Positions 51,031-64,000 of a stretch of 64,000 bases of DNA are shown in pieces. Position 1 is the first letter of the stretch, and every line of letters begins with the position of its first letter. The stretch covers positions 25,298,001 through 25,362,000 of the forward strand of contig NW_024704743.1 of NCBI RefSeq assembly GCF_018977255.1. Direction: 5' to 3'. This stretch comes from Callorhinchus milii. Its lineage: Eukaryota. The translations under genes were made by a program, and so were the position numbers. A model generated the notes under the pieces. That model was not told the DNA's origin. It searched no databases and saw only the letters and a program-made list of their open reading frames with translations.

Positions 51031-51860
51031 GTCTGTCTGTCTGTCTGTGTGTGTGTGTGTATCTGTGTGTGTCTGTCTGTGTGTGTGTGTGTGTGTGTCT
51101 GTCTGTCTGTCTGTGTGTGTGTGTCTGTGTGTGTGTGTGTGTGGTGTCTGTGTGTGTGTCTGTCTGTCTGTGTGTGTCTGTCTGTGTCTGTCTGTGCGTC
51201 TGTGTGTGTGTCTGTGTGTGTGTGTCTGTCTGTGTGTGTGTCTGTCTGTGTCTGTCTGTGTGTGTGCGTCTGTGTGTGTGTCTGTGTGTGTGTGTCTGTC
51301 TGTGTGTGTGTCTGTCTGTGTCTGTCTGTGCGTCTGTCTGTGTGTGTGTGTCTGTCTGTGTGTGTGTCTGTCTGTGTCTGTCTGTGTGTGTGCGTCTGTG
51401 TGTGTGTCTGTGTGTGTGTGTGTCTGTGTGTGTGTGTCTGTCTGTGTGTGTGTCTGTCTGTGTCTGTCTGTGTGCGTCTGTCTGTGTGTGTGTGTCTGTC
51501 TGTGTGTGTGTCTGTCTGTGTCTGTCTGTGTGTGTGCGTCTGTGTGTGTGTCTGTGTGTCTGTGTGTCTGTCTGTGTGTGTGTGTCTGTGTGTGTGTCTG
51601 TGTGTGTGTCTGTGTGTGTGTCTGTCTGTGTGTGTGTCTGTGTGTGTGTGTGTGTCTGTGTGTGTGTGTGTGGTGTCTGTGTTTTCTGTCTCATCGCACA
51701 TATCTCCAGCGAAAGCCCAGTGACACACACACACACACAGACACACAGACACAGACACACAGCAGCACAGACACACAGACACACACACACAGACACAGAC
51801 ACAGACACACAGGCACAGACACACAGACACAGACACACAGACACAGACACACACACACAG
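51028..51860. repeat. (TG/TCTG)n array followed, after about 50 bp, by the complementary (CA/CAGA)n array
   Basis: Directly visible. Confidence 0.95.
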
Positions 51861-52442
51861 CAGCACAGATCTCTTTATCATTTCGCTCGGATGGTTGTTC
51901 CGTGGCCCGAACACACACTCACTCACACTCACACACACAAAAAAACACCCCGAGACTCGAGACCACCACCATCCCAAACACTTTATTTTGTGTTTTTTTT
52001 TGTTTTGCAAAAAAAAAAACCCCAATGAGAACTGGGGGGTGAGTTTTTTTTTTTGGGGGGGGGGGGGGTTGAACGAAAAGCATTCACAGGGGGTGTATGT
52101 GTGTGCATGTGTGTGTGTGTGCATGTGCATGTGTGTGCGTGTGCAAGAGCTTTAAACCCCAACCACGTTACGTGTTGCACAAGGGGATGCACGAGATGTT
52201 TCCACCCTCCTCCTCCTCCTCCTCCTTCTCCTCCCCCCGCGAGAAAAAAAAAAGGCGAGTTTTTTTTTTGCACCAGAAAGTCCGATCCGAGGGCGTGCGA
52301 TGTGAAGTGAGAAACTCGAAGTGAGGGCTCTTTTTTTGTGTGTGTTTGTGTTTGTGTTTGTGTGTGTGTGTGCGCGTCCTCTTTCCTTTTTTTGCAGCAC
52401 CAGTCGCACCTGCAAACTCGTTCCAGGTCCCCACAGAAGAAC

Positions 52443-52504
52443 ATGATCCCACTCGGCGAATGCATGTACGCGGGGAGGAAACGAAGGAAACCCGTCCAGA
52501 AACA
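52443..52504 (+). CDS. AHRR: First coding exon of an aryl hydrocarbon receptor repressor-like gene (MIPLGECMYAGRKRRKPVQK)
   Basis: Exon 52398-52504 has a polypyrimidine acceptor ...tttgcag| and donor AAACA|gtgagt (phase 2, as in AHR/AHRR). The peptide matches the AHRR N-terminus MIPPGECxYAGRKRR(R/K)PxQKQ. The bHLH exon was not found inside the window. Confidence 0.85.
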
Positions 52505-52659
52505 GTGAGTATCACTTTCAATCTTTTTCTTTCTATTTGCATTTTTTTTTGCAAAAAAAAAAATCAAAAAAAAATCAAAAAAAATCAATCCCCCAAAAAA
52601 AAATAATAATAAATAAATCGACTTTTTTTGAAATCCGGTTTGCGCTTCAGAGATCACCG

Positions 52660-53630
52660 GAGTGTGACCTGAGGTTTTCAGTTCCCAAAGGGCAGGTCAA
52701 GGGGGCGAAACCTTGGGCAAGTTTTGCTTAATCCGCCCGCGCAGAGCCCTGATAGTAATCCCTCCAAAAAAAAACCCCCAAACACATTCATAAATTGGTC
52801 GTTTGCAATCCACGACTGTTTGTGGGGACACTGCGGTGCGCCATTGGCCGCCGCGTCCGCCCGCAAATACACGGTCACTTCGCTTTACAGTGTGTTCTGT
52901 GAAGCGCTTCGGGACGTCCTCCCGATGTGAAAAGCGCTGTATCAAATGCGAGGATTATTATTATTATTATTATTATTGCGAGACTGTGCATCGCGTTCCT
53001 TCACGAAGCTGCAGTGCTGCATTTGAGGATCTCGTCGCATGACCGTTGAATGCTGTTGTTTGCTGAATGATGTGCAACGTGTTTTTTTTTGGGGCGAGTT
53101 TCCCCCACTCCACACGCCTCGGTTTACCCGGCAGTCAGGAGGAACCTGGTTGTTTAGTCCATTGGGGGATGGCTTTTCCAAGGGGTGGGGGGGGGGGGCA
53201 ATAATCCCTTCCCCAAAAAAAATAGTAATAATAATTTGGTCACTCAATGGACAGCTGTTTGCGGGACGCTGCTGCGCGTCATTAGTTGCCGAGCTTCAGC
53301 CACAAAATATACGGTCGTTATATACTTTACAATATATTCTGTGAAGCGCTTTGAGACACCTCGAGGATGTGATAAGGCGCTGTTACAAATGCAAGGATTA
53401 TTATTCTATTATTATTTTTAATACGTGCGGGTGGGTCTACGTAACTAATGATGAATTTACATTTACACTGCTGGTGCTCTGTAGGTCAATTTGGGGTTTC
53501 ACCCACAAAATATACGGTCAATTCACTTTATAGTACGGTATATTTACAGTATATTCTGTGAAGCACTTTGAGACGTCACACAGATGTGATAAGGTGTCAT
53601 ATCAAATGCAAAGATTATTACTATATGTGC
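52660..53630 (+). mobile_element. Cluster of three SINE copies or tails in the AHRR-like intron
   Basis: Family motifs at 52660-52977, 53100-53420 and 53500-53625. Confidence 0.85.
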
Positions 53631-56600
53631 AATAGAGAAAGAGCAGCGCTGAATGGATCAACAGAACTTTCCAAAAATTGAAGAGAAATGGGTGATCTTA
53701 AGGAAGAGGATCTTTCAAGGGATGGAATTTCCATTGTTGACCAAAAAAAATGTAACTTTGGAAAACGTCTATTTGAGAAATTATGTAGTAGGAAATCATT
53801 TCAAAGTTGTCACATGGTTTGAAAATGTCATTATTAAACATATAGATGTGCATTTCATTGTGAAATTCTACAGAAGAAATTCACTTTTGAACATATTGAC
53901 CTATACAGCACCAAGCATACAAATATAAATTCATGATTTTATATATATATATATATAGACCCACCTGCATGCATTATTCGACAAGTAGGTCAGTATTTAA
54001 CTATTACATTTACAGATACATATGTGCAGGTGCACTTTGCATTACATACAATTTACAAGTCAAACTAATTGAAACAGTACAAAAAGGAAGTTTTTTTTCC
54101 AATTTTTTTTCTCTCTTAAGGCTTTCTTAATTCGTCTTCACGCACACAGTGCACAGTTATGAAACTCCCCACAATAATGCCATTTTATCTGGGATTGCAT
54201 AGTTCTTTTAAAAAAAAAGATATTGTAATGCTCCTTTTTCCAATCCATGCATTTCTTACAAAGATTATCTCAACACATTAGCAAATCCATGCTAGCACTT
54301 CTTTGTCCATGTGGTATGCATCAAAAATTCCATGTTAAGGAACTTGTTAGCTGAAAGCATATCCCCGATGGGTTGAATAAAATATGTTGCTTTCAATTTT
54401 TATGCAAAAGTGGTTGTGTTGTGCTTGATGTCTTTTTGGATTGGAGCTCTCTAATTCAATTTCGAATAAAAGGCAGCTAGCTGATGGTATTAATAAATAT
54501 TTTATTCACTGCAGTTTTTTATAAAAACAGTAACTTCAAGCATTTGTGTAGCCTTCGAAGGATAATAATAATCCTTGCATTTGATATAGCACCTTATCAC
54601 GTTGCTTCAGTGCTTCACAGAATATACTGTAAAGTGTATTGATTGTGTTGTATATCATAACAATATAATTTCAACAGGATGACTGAATAGCAATTCAAAT
54701 ATAAACTTTACTAGTTAACTACATAATGCGTGGAGCCACAATAAGAGCTTTCTAAGTCACCAATAGCGCTATAAGTTGCTCCTTCAACTAGTTATGCTAC
54801 AGCTTAAAGTTTTAACTTCTCAAACTCCGTGCTGTATTACACATGGACATGAAAATACGCCATAAAACATGAAATGTCTTTGGGCATAGAAGACCTTAAG
54901 AAAACATGGAATGAGAAAAGGGGCTGGCCATTCAAGTGCATTGAGCCTGTTCCTTCCAATTGACATGTGTATGATATTGGTCAAACAACTTGTAACCTTG
55001 TCCAGATAAAACTATGATTTTACCCACTTTATATTTCATTACAAGCCAGTTTTTTTATCTGTTTTTAGATTCTGGGAGCCTTTCTTGTGGCCTCTAAGTT
55101 GTAGTTGGCTGATTGCTAGTTGGGTCATTCTCTGCATAGATACTGATCAACCTATAAAGGAAACACAGTCCAAAAACCCTGAATGAATTGAAACAAATCC
55201 CCCAAAATATACAGTCAATTCACTTTAAAGTATATTCTGTGAAATGCTTTGAGACATCTCGAAGACGTAATAAGATGCTATATCAAATGCAAGGATTATT
55301 GTTATTAAATCCAAGTGTTATCTAATAGGAGATTTCTGGGTCTTGCCAGGCAATATTTCAGAAATTCTTTGTAATATTTATTTTGTATAATGCATTCTTT
55401 TTATTACAAGATACCTTAATGTTATAGTTCATCATGCGCTCTAAGCACAAATCTGCCAGTGTTATTATAGTGTACTTTCTGTTCGAAGTACAACTAAATA
55501 ATAATACATAATAATAAATAATAATAATAATGCTGCCACATTTCCCCCACACTCCACTTTACAATATATTCTGTGAAGCGCTTGAGACATCTCAATGACA
55601 TGTTAAGGCGCTATATCAAATGCACAGATTATTATTATTATACCTCTATCATTTGCTTAATATACTAATGTGCTGCTCCTGCGTGTATTTATGCTAAATG
55701 TTTGGAATTTCTTTGCATAGGCTCAGCAACACCAGCACCAAAATCCCATTCTATTTATTTAACCCATTACTTCACGTGTAATTCCTGTGCTGCTCAGTAA
55801 TGATTGCTTTCTTTCTTTAATCGGTTCCCAGTTGCATCCAGATAGTGCACTGGTGATGGATTCTCCACGAGCTGGCACTGAAGAGAGAATAGCAGGCCAT
55901 GCTGAAGAGAAAAGTTTGCCATTCAGATCTTTTTGAAATCCACACGATTAAAATACACTTCGGAACAAGTTTAAAATCTTCCCATTTTCCTGTTGATTTT
56001 GTATGGAGCACCTTTTTTTTAAGCTCCGAGTGCTGATAACATTATCAGGGCAATTGTCTGGGAGACCACACCAGAGCTAACTCCAGTGCATGCAGAGAGC
56101 TTGAGTGAATTTTGTTGGTGTGTCAATTCAGTTCTCTTTAACTCTGTCGGCCTCTGGAATTCCTCTGTTCGTCATCGCTTAAAAGTTTAAAGAAAATTAC
56201 CCTTGAAAGAAAACAAAAAAAGTTAATTCTAGCAGTAATTGCTTCATGACTAATTTTGAATGGGTGGACTCACCTTTTGAAACTTGCATGCGACAGCAAT
56301 AGCTGTTTTTAGCAGTCAGCTGTTATAACTGAAAGTGTGCTCTTGATTTCCAATTCTAGGTGTTAGCTTGGCTCAAATACTTTAACTCTCACTTTTGGGT
56401 CAAATAAGTCCAGATAATTACTTTCAAGTGTAGTGACTGCGTATGTGTATTTTTGTAGGTAAATGTGGTAGTCAGTTTATCCACAGCAATTCAGCTACAA
56501 ACAGCCAACGGCCAATTTATCTGGAGCATTGTTTGCTTTTGCAGTGCAGAATTGTCTTGATTGTGGCACGCACTGGGGTAAAAAGTATTTTCACGCTCGT

Positions 56601-57059
56601 CAGAGACTTATAGTCACGCATTGCCAAAGGCGTTCCATGTAATGCTGAATGGAATTTTTACCCAATTGTTTCTGGATAAATAGTTCTTTAATTGTACATT
56701 AGTGTTCTTCTTTACCCAGTGACAGCATGAAACAGTTTGAAGACATCTGCATCAACCTTAGAAGGTGATTAGCTTTTATGTTATTTTCGTTTGCCAAACC
56801 GGATTCCAAATTGCTGCTTTTAAATGCTTTTTTGGGGGGTTTCAAAACAACTTAATGAGAAAAAATGGTGGAATTATGGAATGTCTCCTAATATAACGTA
56901 CGTAATGGAGCCAATTTAAATTTGAAACAGGATTTAAGACCGCAATAACAACAACAATAACAACGATGTGCATTTATATAGAGCCCTTCATCTCAATATG
57001 CTTTACAGAGATGGTGCCAAACATGGTGTAGTGGCTTGGGGAATGAGGGAGATGATGAC

Positions 57060-57905
57060 GACAACAACATTATATTTGTATAGCGCCTTTCACGTCGGGA
57101 GGACGTCCCAAGGCGCTGGACAGAGTACAGTATTTCAGACCCGAGCTGGGGTTGGGGGGGTAAGGGAGGGGAAGGGGCTGGCCGATGGCATGGTGGAAGA
57201 GGAGGGTCTTGAGGCTGGACTTGAAGGAGGCTAAGGAGGGGGCGAGACGGAGTGACTGGGGGATGGAATTCCAGAGGTTGGGGGCAGAGTGGCTGAAGGT
57301 TCTCCCGCCAATGGTGGGCGGGTGGGTCGGAGGACGTGGAGCAGGCCAGAGCCGGCTGAGCGGAGGGAACAGGCAGGTTGGTAGGAGTTTAGGAGGTCGC
57401 AGAGGTAGGGTGGGGCCAGGCCATGGAGGGCTTTGTATGGGAGGAACAGGATCTTGAACTGGATCCTCTGAAGGATAGGGAGCCAGTGGAGTCGGGCGAG
57501 AGTGAGGGAGATGGGGTCACGGAGTTTGGTGCGTGAGAGCCTACGGGCTGCAGAGTTCTGGATTATCTGCAGCCTGTGGAGGGAGAAGTTGGGAAGGCGA
57601 CAAGCAGGGAGTTTGCATAGTCGAGCCTAGAGATGATGAAGGCATGAACAAAAATTTCAGCGGCCTGGGGGGTGAGGTAGTGGCGGAGTCGGGCGATGTT
57701 ATGGAGGTGAGGGAAGGCAGAGCGAGTCATGGCTTGAATGTGGGGGAGAAAGACAGTTGAGGGTCGAACAAGACACCCAGGTTCCTGACTGGTGGTGAGA
57801 TGTAGTGTGCAACCATGGAGGTTGATGTTGCCAGAGCCTGAGGTCCTGAGGCGCTGGCGTGAGCCAATCAGAAGGGCCTCAGTCTTGTTCACATTCAACT
57901 GACAT
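57060..57905 (-). mobile_element. L2 LINE 3' fragment
   Basis: NVNKTEALLIG...LTPQAAEIFVHAFIISRLDYANSLL. Confidence 0.9.
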
Positions 57906-58284
57906 TCAACTCACATTCACATTATGACAGTAGGCACAGTTGAAGTAGGTAGGGTTTTAGGCAGGTTTCAGACAGATAAAGAGAGGTGAGACAACAGATT
58001 GAGAGAGGGAGTTCTAGATGATTGGGAGGCAGAGTGGCTGATGATTTGGCCACTGATGGTGGGACAGAAGGGATAGATGATGCATAACAAGCCTGAGTTT
58101 GTCAAGTGGAGAGATGAGCAAAAGAGTATCTCAGAGGTAGAGTGTTTCAAGGGCATGAGGGATTTGTAGGTGAAGATCTTGAAGTCGATCCATTGGGACC
58201 CAGGGAGTCAATGGAATCTGCCCGAGGGTGTGGGTAATGTGTTTACCCACATCTGGGTTTCGTAAATAATAAATAATGCATTTA

Positions 58285-58932
58285 CTCAATCTGGGTTTTG
58301 TGCAGCACAGAGACAGCCTTGGTCAAAGTGACAAATGACATTCTGTCCACTTGCGACCAGGGCTCTCTCTGTCTCTTCGTCCTTCTCTACCTCTTGGATG
58401 CTTTCGATACTGTTGACCACTCTATTCTTCTCCACCGCTTCTCCTCTCACCTCCACCTCAATGGTTCTCTTCTTGTCTGGTCCCAATCCTATCTTTCCCA
58501 CTTCGTGGCCACCAACGGCTTCTCCTCTAGCCCCTGCACTGTCATGTGTGGCGTTGCTACCCCTACCTCTCCGACATCATAACCCAATATCAGCCTGTCC
58601 GCTCCCTCCGCTCAGCAGACACTGGCCTGCTTCAAGTCCCCCGTACTTCCCGCCCCACCATTGGCGCGGGCATTCAGTATCTTTACCCCCACACTCTGGA
58701 AATCTATCCCACAATCCCTCCGCCTCACCCCTTCTCTTGCCTCTTTCAAGTCCCATCTTGGTGATCCCCTTGACTGTGCCTTCTGCCACCCTCCCACTCT
58801 AACCCCACCTGCCCTGCTCCCCTTCTGACCCCACCTCCCAGCTCGGGTCCAAAACACCTGATTATCCAGTGCCCTGGGGCGTCTTTCCGATGTGAAGAGC
58901 GCTATACAAGTGTAATTTGTTATTGTTGTTAT
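58285..58932 (+). mobile_element. Internally deleted L2 LINE
   Basis: STETALVKVTNDIL...AFDTVDHSILL joined directly to the 3' tail. Confidence 0.88.
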
Positions 58933-59280
58933 AATGGGCAAAGACCAATCCCATATATCACTTATATTGGTTAATAATTTAGCATTAATAAATATAAACA
59001 TTAATGAGTATCTTGTATGTTGAGGTTCAAAGAAACAGACCATGCCAGGCCACATAAAGCATGTCATTTCAGATGGGGATCAGAAACTATCCATATCATT
59101 TAGAGGGCATCTTGTGAACTATTCGCTATTCTGTCTTATTTCTGTGCAGCTTGACATCTATATTTTTAGATGCTTTTAAATCCAGGATTACTATGTAATC
59201 GGCTACAAATAGCCATGTCACATGCTCTGTAGTTTGCACTTGATGGCGTTTATTCTGCTCTTGTTGATAAAATTTGAGGA

Positions 59281-59606
59281 GTCCTGTAGCTCAGTGGTTA
59301 GAGCACTCGCTTTGCAAGCGAGAGACCTGAGTTCAATTCCAGGCAGGTCAGGGCGAAACCTTGGGCAAGTTTCCTTACTCCACACACCTAATAATAATCC
59401 CTCCAAAAAAACAAAAACAATAATAAATTGGTCACTTTCAATCCATGACTGTTTGTGGGACATTGCTGTGCGCAATTGGCTGCCGCGTTCGCCCACAAAT
59501 ATACAGTCAATTCACTTTACAGTCTATTCTGTGAAGCGCTTGGGGACGTCCTCTCGACGTGAAAAGCGCTATATCAAATGCAAGGATTATTATTATTATT
59601 TATTAT
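59281..59606 (+). mobile_element. tRNA-headed SINE, full length
   Basis: Same family as 7516-7824. Confidence 0.92.
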
Positions 59607-60384
59607 AAAATGTACTAATTTAGTGTCTAAGCTCATGATGCTTGTCACGATGTGAGCTTGCAATTAGAGGTTACCAATTTATTGCCAGTTAATACTGAAT
59701 TATGGGCTGTTTGCCCTATGGCTCTTTATCTTTTACACCGATACTCTCCAAGCTTATTGTGCGGTCATGGACAACAGAGATAGAAAACGTTCATCAGGGA
59801 TGGTTTCAAACATGGGTTCTAGCAATGAAGAGGCTGTGTGCAGATCATGGGCTACTATAGCACTCATTGGACATTTCAGTACTAAACATAGATAGCAGTT
59901 ACTTTTGTGCAGATAAATGTAATTTTGGATCCATCACTATCTGTAGAGATTGGCCTAGGATGAAGATTCTGGAGTTATTAGGATATGGAATGCTCTATAG
60001 ATAGATAAATATTTGTTAGGTCAGGGTATTAAGGGGTATGGGGCAAAGCCGGGTAACTGGTCTTGAGGTATAGATCAGCCATGATCTTATAAAATGGCGG
60101 AACAGGCTCGAGGGTCTGAATAGTCTACTCTTGTTTCTATGTCTGTCTGTCTGTCTGTCTGCAGGGTGTGGTTGTTGAGGCAGAATCCTTATTAGCCTTC
60201 AAGAGGCAATTGGATAGATCTAAAAAGTAGTAATTTACAGGGGAAAAGGCAGCTAAATGGGACTGCATTGATTTTTCTTTCAAAGAACAAGTACTGACGC
60301 AAATAGGCTGAACGGTTTTCTGTGCTATAACTTTCTATGGTTTCTATGAGTCATGTCTCCAGATGGCCCTTAAATTGGTATCAG

Positions 60385-61285
60385 CCCAGCTCCTGAGCCA
60401 GGCGGGTTCGCAGTACTCCAGGGCACTGCTGATGACAGATCAGCCAGCCTGGTTCATTGGCAGGACTTGGAAGGGCAGATAGGTTATTCTTAACCTGGGA
60501 AATCAAAGCTCTAATGGGTAGGATGGTCCTAGCTGGACAAGCAATGGGAAGCTATGAGTTTTAGGCTGGTTAAACTCCAGCAAATAAACCAACGGACACA
60601 CCAAGCTTTGGCTGTCGCTAATACTCTCCCAAATTAGTTAAGCAGGATGTGTCCCTCCAAAAGACGGCTCGTGCCATTGTAAATACAGGAAATTTTCTAT
60701 GTGTGGTGCTGTTAGACTTGTTTAGATACACTCATGTGTGGTTTTCCACATTGTTTTTAGTCAGCTGCATGTCTGACACATGCAGGAACCCAGCATCAGG
60801 CTTAAGCGTGTCCAAATCAAACAGAGCTCCATACATCCCGCCTGTCCATGGAAATTCGAAAGATATTTATTGGGATGTGATGTGCTCTCTCTTCCTGGAG
60901 GGATGCATCCTGCTTACCAACTTCTGGAGAGTGTTAGATGCTGGTTGGCAAGACCCAACGCTTGGGGAACCCGGAGTGTGAGTTGGGATATTGCTGAAGT
61001 CTAACCAGCTAAATCCGCATATCTTGCCATTGAGAGCACTCACTGCCTGACAAGAGCTGCTTGAGAAGAGTCCTTACCCCCAGTGAGTGGTCTGATCTTT
61101 CAAGTCCTTCCATCAAGCCAGGCTGGCTATGCTGTCATCAGCAGTGCCCTGGAATACTGTGTACCTATCTGACTCATGACAGGACCATCAAGACAGCCAC
61201 AGAGTTTTGGTTAAATCCTGACATCCCATTGGCAAGCACTTTACCCTGGAGCCAGGTCAGCTTCAAGGAGACCCCGTTACCCCAA
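60385..61285. repeat. Unclassified interspersed repeat with inverted arms; other copies at 30270-30635 and 31285-31720
   Basis: Shared blocks such as TGTCATCAGCAGTGCCCTGGAATACTG and GCTGAAGTCTAACC...CCGCATATCTTGCCA. Confidence 0.8.
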
Positions 61286-63359
61286 AACCGGGGTCCTGTC
61301 TGTTTGAAAGATCCCATGGGTTGATTCGAAAAGAGGAGAGTTACTCCCAGTGTCCTGACCAACAATCCCCCAGATAAAAAATTAGATAGAATTTCTTCAT
61401 GGCTGTTTGTGGAGTATTGTGTTATGCAAATTGACTGCTGTGTTCATCTACAAAAATACAAACAATTACACTTTACTCTGCGAAGTGCTTTGAGATGTTT
61501 TGATGTGAAAAGGCACTATATTGTATGCAATGATTGTTGTTATTGAATTCCCAATGCAGATCCCTATCTCTGTATGTTATTATACAGGATCAAATATGAG
61601 CTGCTTTTTGACATAATGACTCAGTTTCCTCTTCTGAAGCAAAGCAAACATATAATAATAAAAGGAAAAGATGAATCGATTACCTCCAAGAGAGAAAAAG
61701 GGGAGAAAATTGCAGGAGAAAAAGTGATGCAGGAAAAATGTAAGCTAATCCTGTTATAATCTGTGGTTTAGGTCCATAAACTCAGATCCCGCATTGTAAT
61801 AGGATTGTGCACAAATGGCCACCAGTCACCAGAGTCATGTCATCCCAGGTTATCAGATTGACTTCCTTCTTAAAGTGCGGTTCCTGTGCATAAAATTCTC
61901 TTTACAATATATTCTATGAAGAGCTCTGAGACCTCTCAGCAATGTGAGAAGGCGCTATATCAAATGCAAGGATTATTACTAGAGCGCATGCACAGCAGAC
62001 ATGAAGTGACATTAATGGCATTTCCTGTGGGTAGCACGCATGCTCACAATTTACCGGAAACCAGTCAGTCAGGGCTGGAAGTTGGAAGTGTACCAGTGTC
62101 ACTGTTGTCCACAGTAAGCTAATGTGTTAAACGGATCTGTTCTGTACTGAATCATACCATAACGGGATAAGTCTGTAGAGAGGTATGTTCATTTGAATTC
62201 CCCACCTCATCCTGAATGCAAACAATTGCAAAGAATTGTACGCACTTACTGTTGCCTTTTTTAATTGTTTCCTATGTTTTATGTTTCAACGCACGAGGCG
62301 GCCTTGGAGCGAGCAATAAACGAGATTCTCTGAAAGATGAACGAGAGTATCATATTCTCTGCTTCTCCATCAATGTACAGATTTTGCTGCTATGATGATC
62401 CAATAAATAAGTCCCATTACAAGCACACAATGCCAATACCACTCCGCCCCGAAGCTTTGGGACTCTCTCCCTCAGTCCCTCTGCCTTACCCCCTCTTTTT
62501 CCTCTTTTAGATCATGACTGAAGACCTTCCTCTTCTGGTCACCTCCTCACTCCACCCGGCTCAGGGTCAGGCTCTGACACTGTTAAGCGCTCCGAGACCC
62601 TGTCCTACCTGAAGGCCATTATATAAATGCAAATTGTTGCTGTCCATCCCCTTACTGACTAGAGAATAAAATATCTCACCCCTTATATTTACTGACCTTT
62701 GGAAAGCAACAACAACAACTTGCATTTATATAGCTCCCTTCATGCCGGACGGCGTCTCGGAGCGCTTGACTATTTTAGAGCAACACTATCTTGTTCAGAA
62801 CCTGTTCTTTATTAGCATCACAACAATCTGGAAACACGGAGAAGCACTGCAGAGAACTTGCTGGTTAGCAATAGTTTTGATGCATTAGAAGTGGCAGCAA
62901 AGGCAGATTGAGTGGCACGAGGAAATGTGCAGGTGTGTTGACGACGTTTACGTTTAAATTGCTGTTCAGATGAATATGCTTCACATTAAATCTAAATGAC
63001 AACTTTGAAACGCTACCCTATATTACAAAAATTACAGTTGAGTTGTCAACTCACAAACACGTCTTGAGCTGACAAACACGTCTTGAGCTGACAACCCGGA
63101 TGACGTTTTATGACTGCGGATAATTCAGCCGGTATTTTGCATAATAATTTACCACCAGAGGGAGGCACCACTACTTCTTCCTGCGTAAAATGATAAACTT
63201 GGTGCTAGATCACAGTCTGAAGCTAAACACTAATCTTTTAACTATGCTTTTATAGTTACATTTTATAATTATACATAAAAGGTGTTAAAGAAATTGCTGT
63301 TTTCGTGATCAGCCCCATACGATTTTCACTCTCCCCTCACTTGTGTTAGGTACAATTTG

Positions 63360-63680
63360 CTAAAATAATAATAATCCTTGCTTTTGATATCGCTTTTCAC
63401 ATCGTTGAGATGTCTCAAAGCGCTTCACAGGATATACTGTAAAGTGGAGTTGCTGTGTATTTCCTGGGTGAAATATGGCAGTCAGTTTGTACACAGCGGT
63501 TTCAGCAAACAGCCATGCAGTGAGTGAGCAATTTTTTTTATTTATAAAATATAATAATAATAACCCTTGCATTTTTATAGTGCTTTTCATGTCTTCCAGA
63601 CATCTCAAAGTGCTTCACAGAATATACTGTAAAGTAAATTGACTGTATATTTGTGGGTGAAACGCGGCAGCCAGTTTGGT
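63360..63680 (-). mobile_element. Two tandem SINE tails
   Basis: Reverse complement of the family tail, twice. Confidence 0.82.
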
Positions 63681-64000
63681 GGATTGTTGAACTGTCCACT
63701 TGAACAGGCAGAAAAGATACATTGCAATGGTAAAAGGCTGCATCGTTAACACATTTTAATTTGAATCAACATTGTATGGGAAGTGATGCAAGTACAGCAT
63801 CAAAGCAGAGGTGAGAGTGTGGTTACTTTGTCAGGAACGCTGTGTAAAACGGAAAGGCATTTTTCCAGTGTCTCCCAGTTCCCAGAAAATATAAAATTTT
63901 TTGAGTTTGTGTTTTCTCACAACACAGCAGCCCTGTGGCTCAGAACACTGTGCAAATAGTTTCTGTTCCGGTTACCGTTCTTCCAAGGACTGAAAGATCT

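Noticed and set aside
45954..52130. Very long ORFs (783, 868, 638, 531 and 413 aa)
   Set aside because: Translations of TG/CA and CCCTG repeats that lack stop codons by composition.

Overview
Vertebrate genomic DNA. The repeat content (tRNA-Ala-headed SINEs with an L2-type tail, Deu-domain SINEs, L2 and CR1 LINEs) suggests a cartilaginous fish, possibly a chimaera; this is an inference. Three genes can be reconstructed by hand from splice sites and reading phase. (1) ZNFX1 on the minus strand: 15 coding exons from an ATG at 21120, running off the left edge. It has an N-terminal GGHQSGHR octapeptide repeat and an upstream ISRE/ISRE/GAS/CCAAT cluster at about 24350-24475. (2) An intron-containing but unusually divergent SNRPB/SmB-like gene on the minus strand (33481 to 25907, about 183 aa). 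Its Sm fold is intact, I could not find exon 4, its Pro/Arg-Gly tail is eroded, and a dead copy of exon 5 lies upstream at about 38.2 kb. (3) The first coding exon of an AHRR-like bHLH-PAS gene on the plus strand (52443-52504, MIPLGECMYAGRKRRKPVQK), which the ORF track misses, preceded by clustered XRE cores. Each of the three 5' ends sits in or beside a large tandem-repeat array. The remainder is mostly SINE, L2 and CR1 remnants. Most long ORFs in the track are shadow ORFs or repeat artefacts. Comparisons to human proteins and motif consensuses are from memory, not from database searches.
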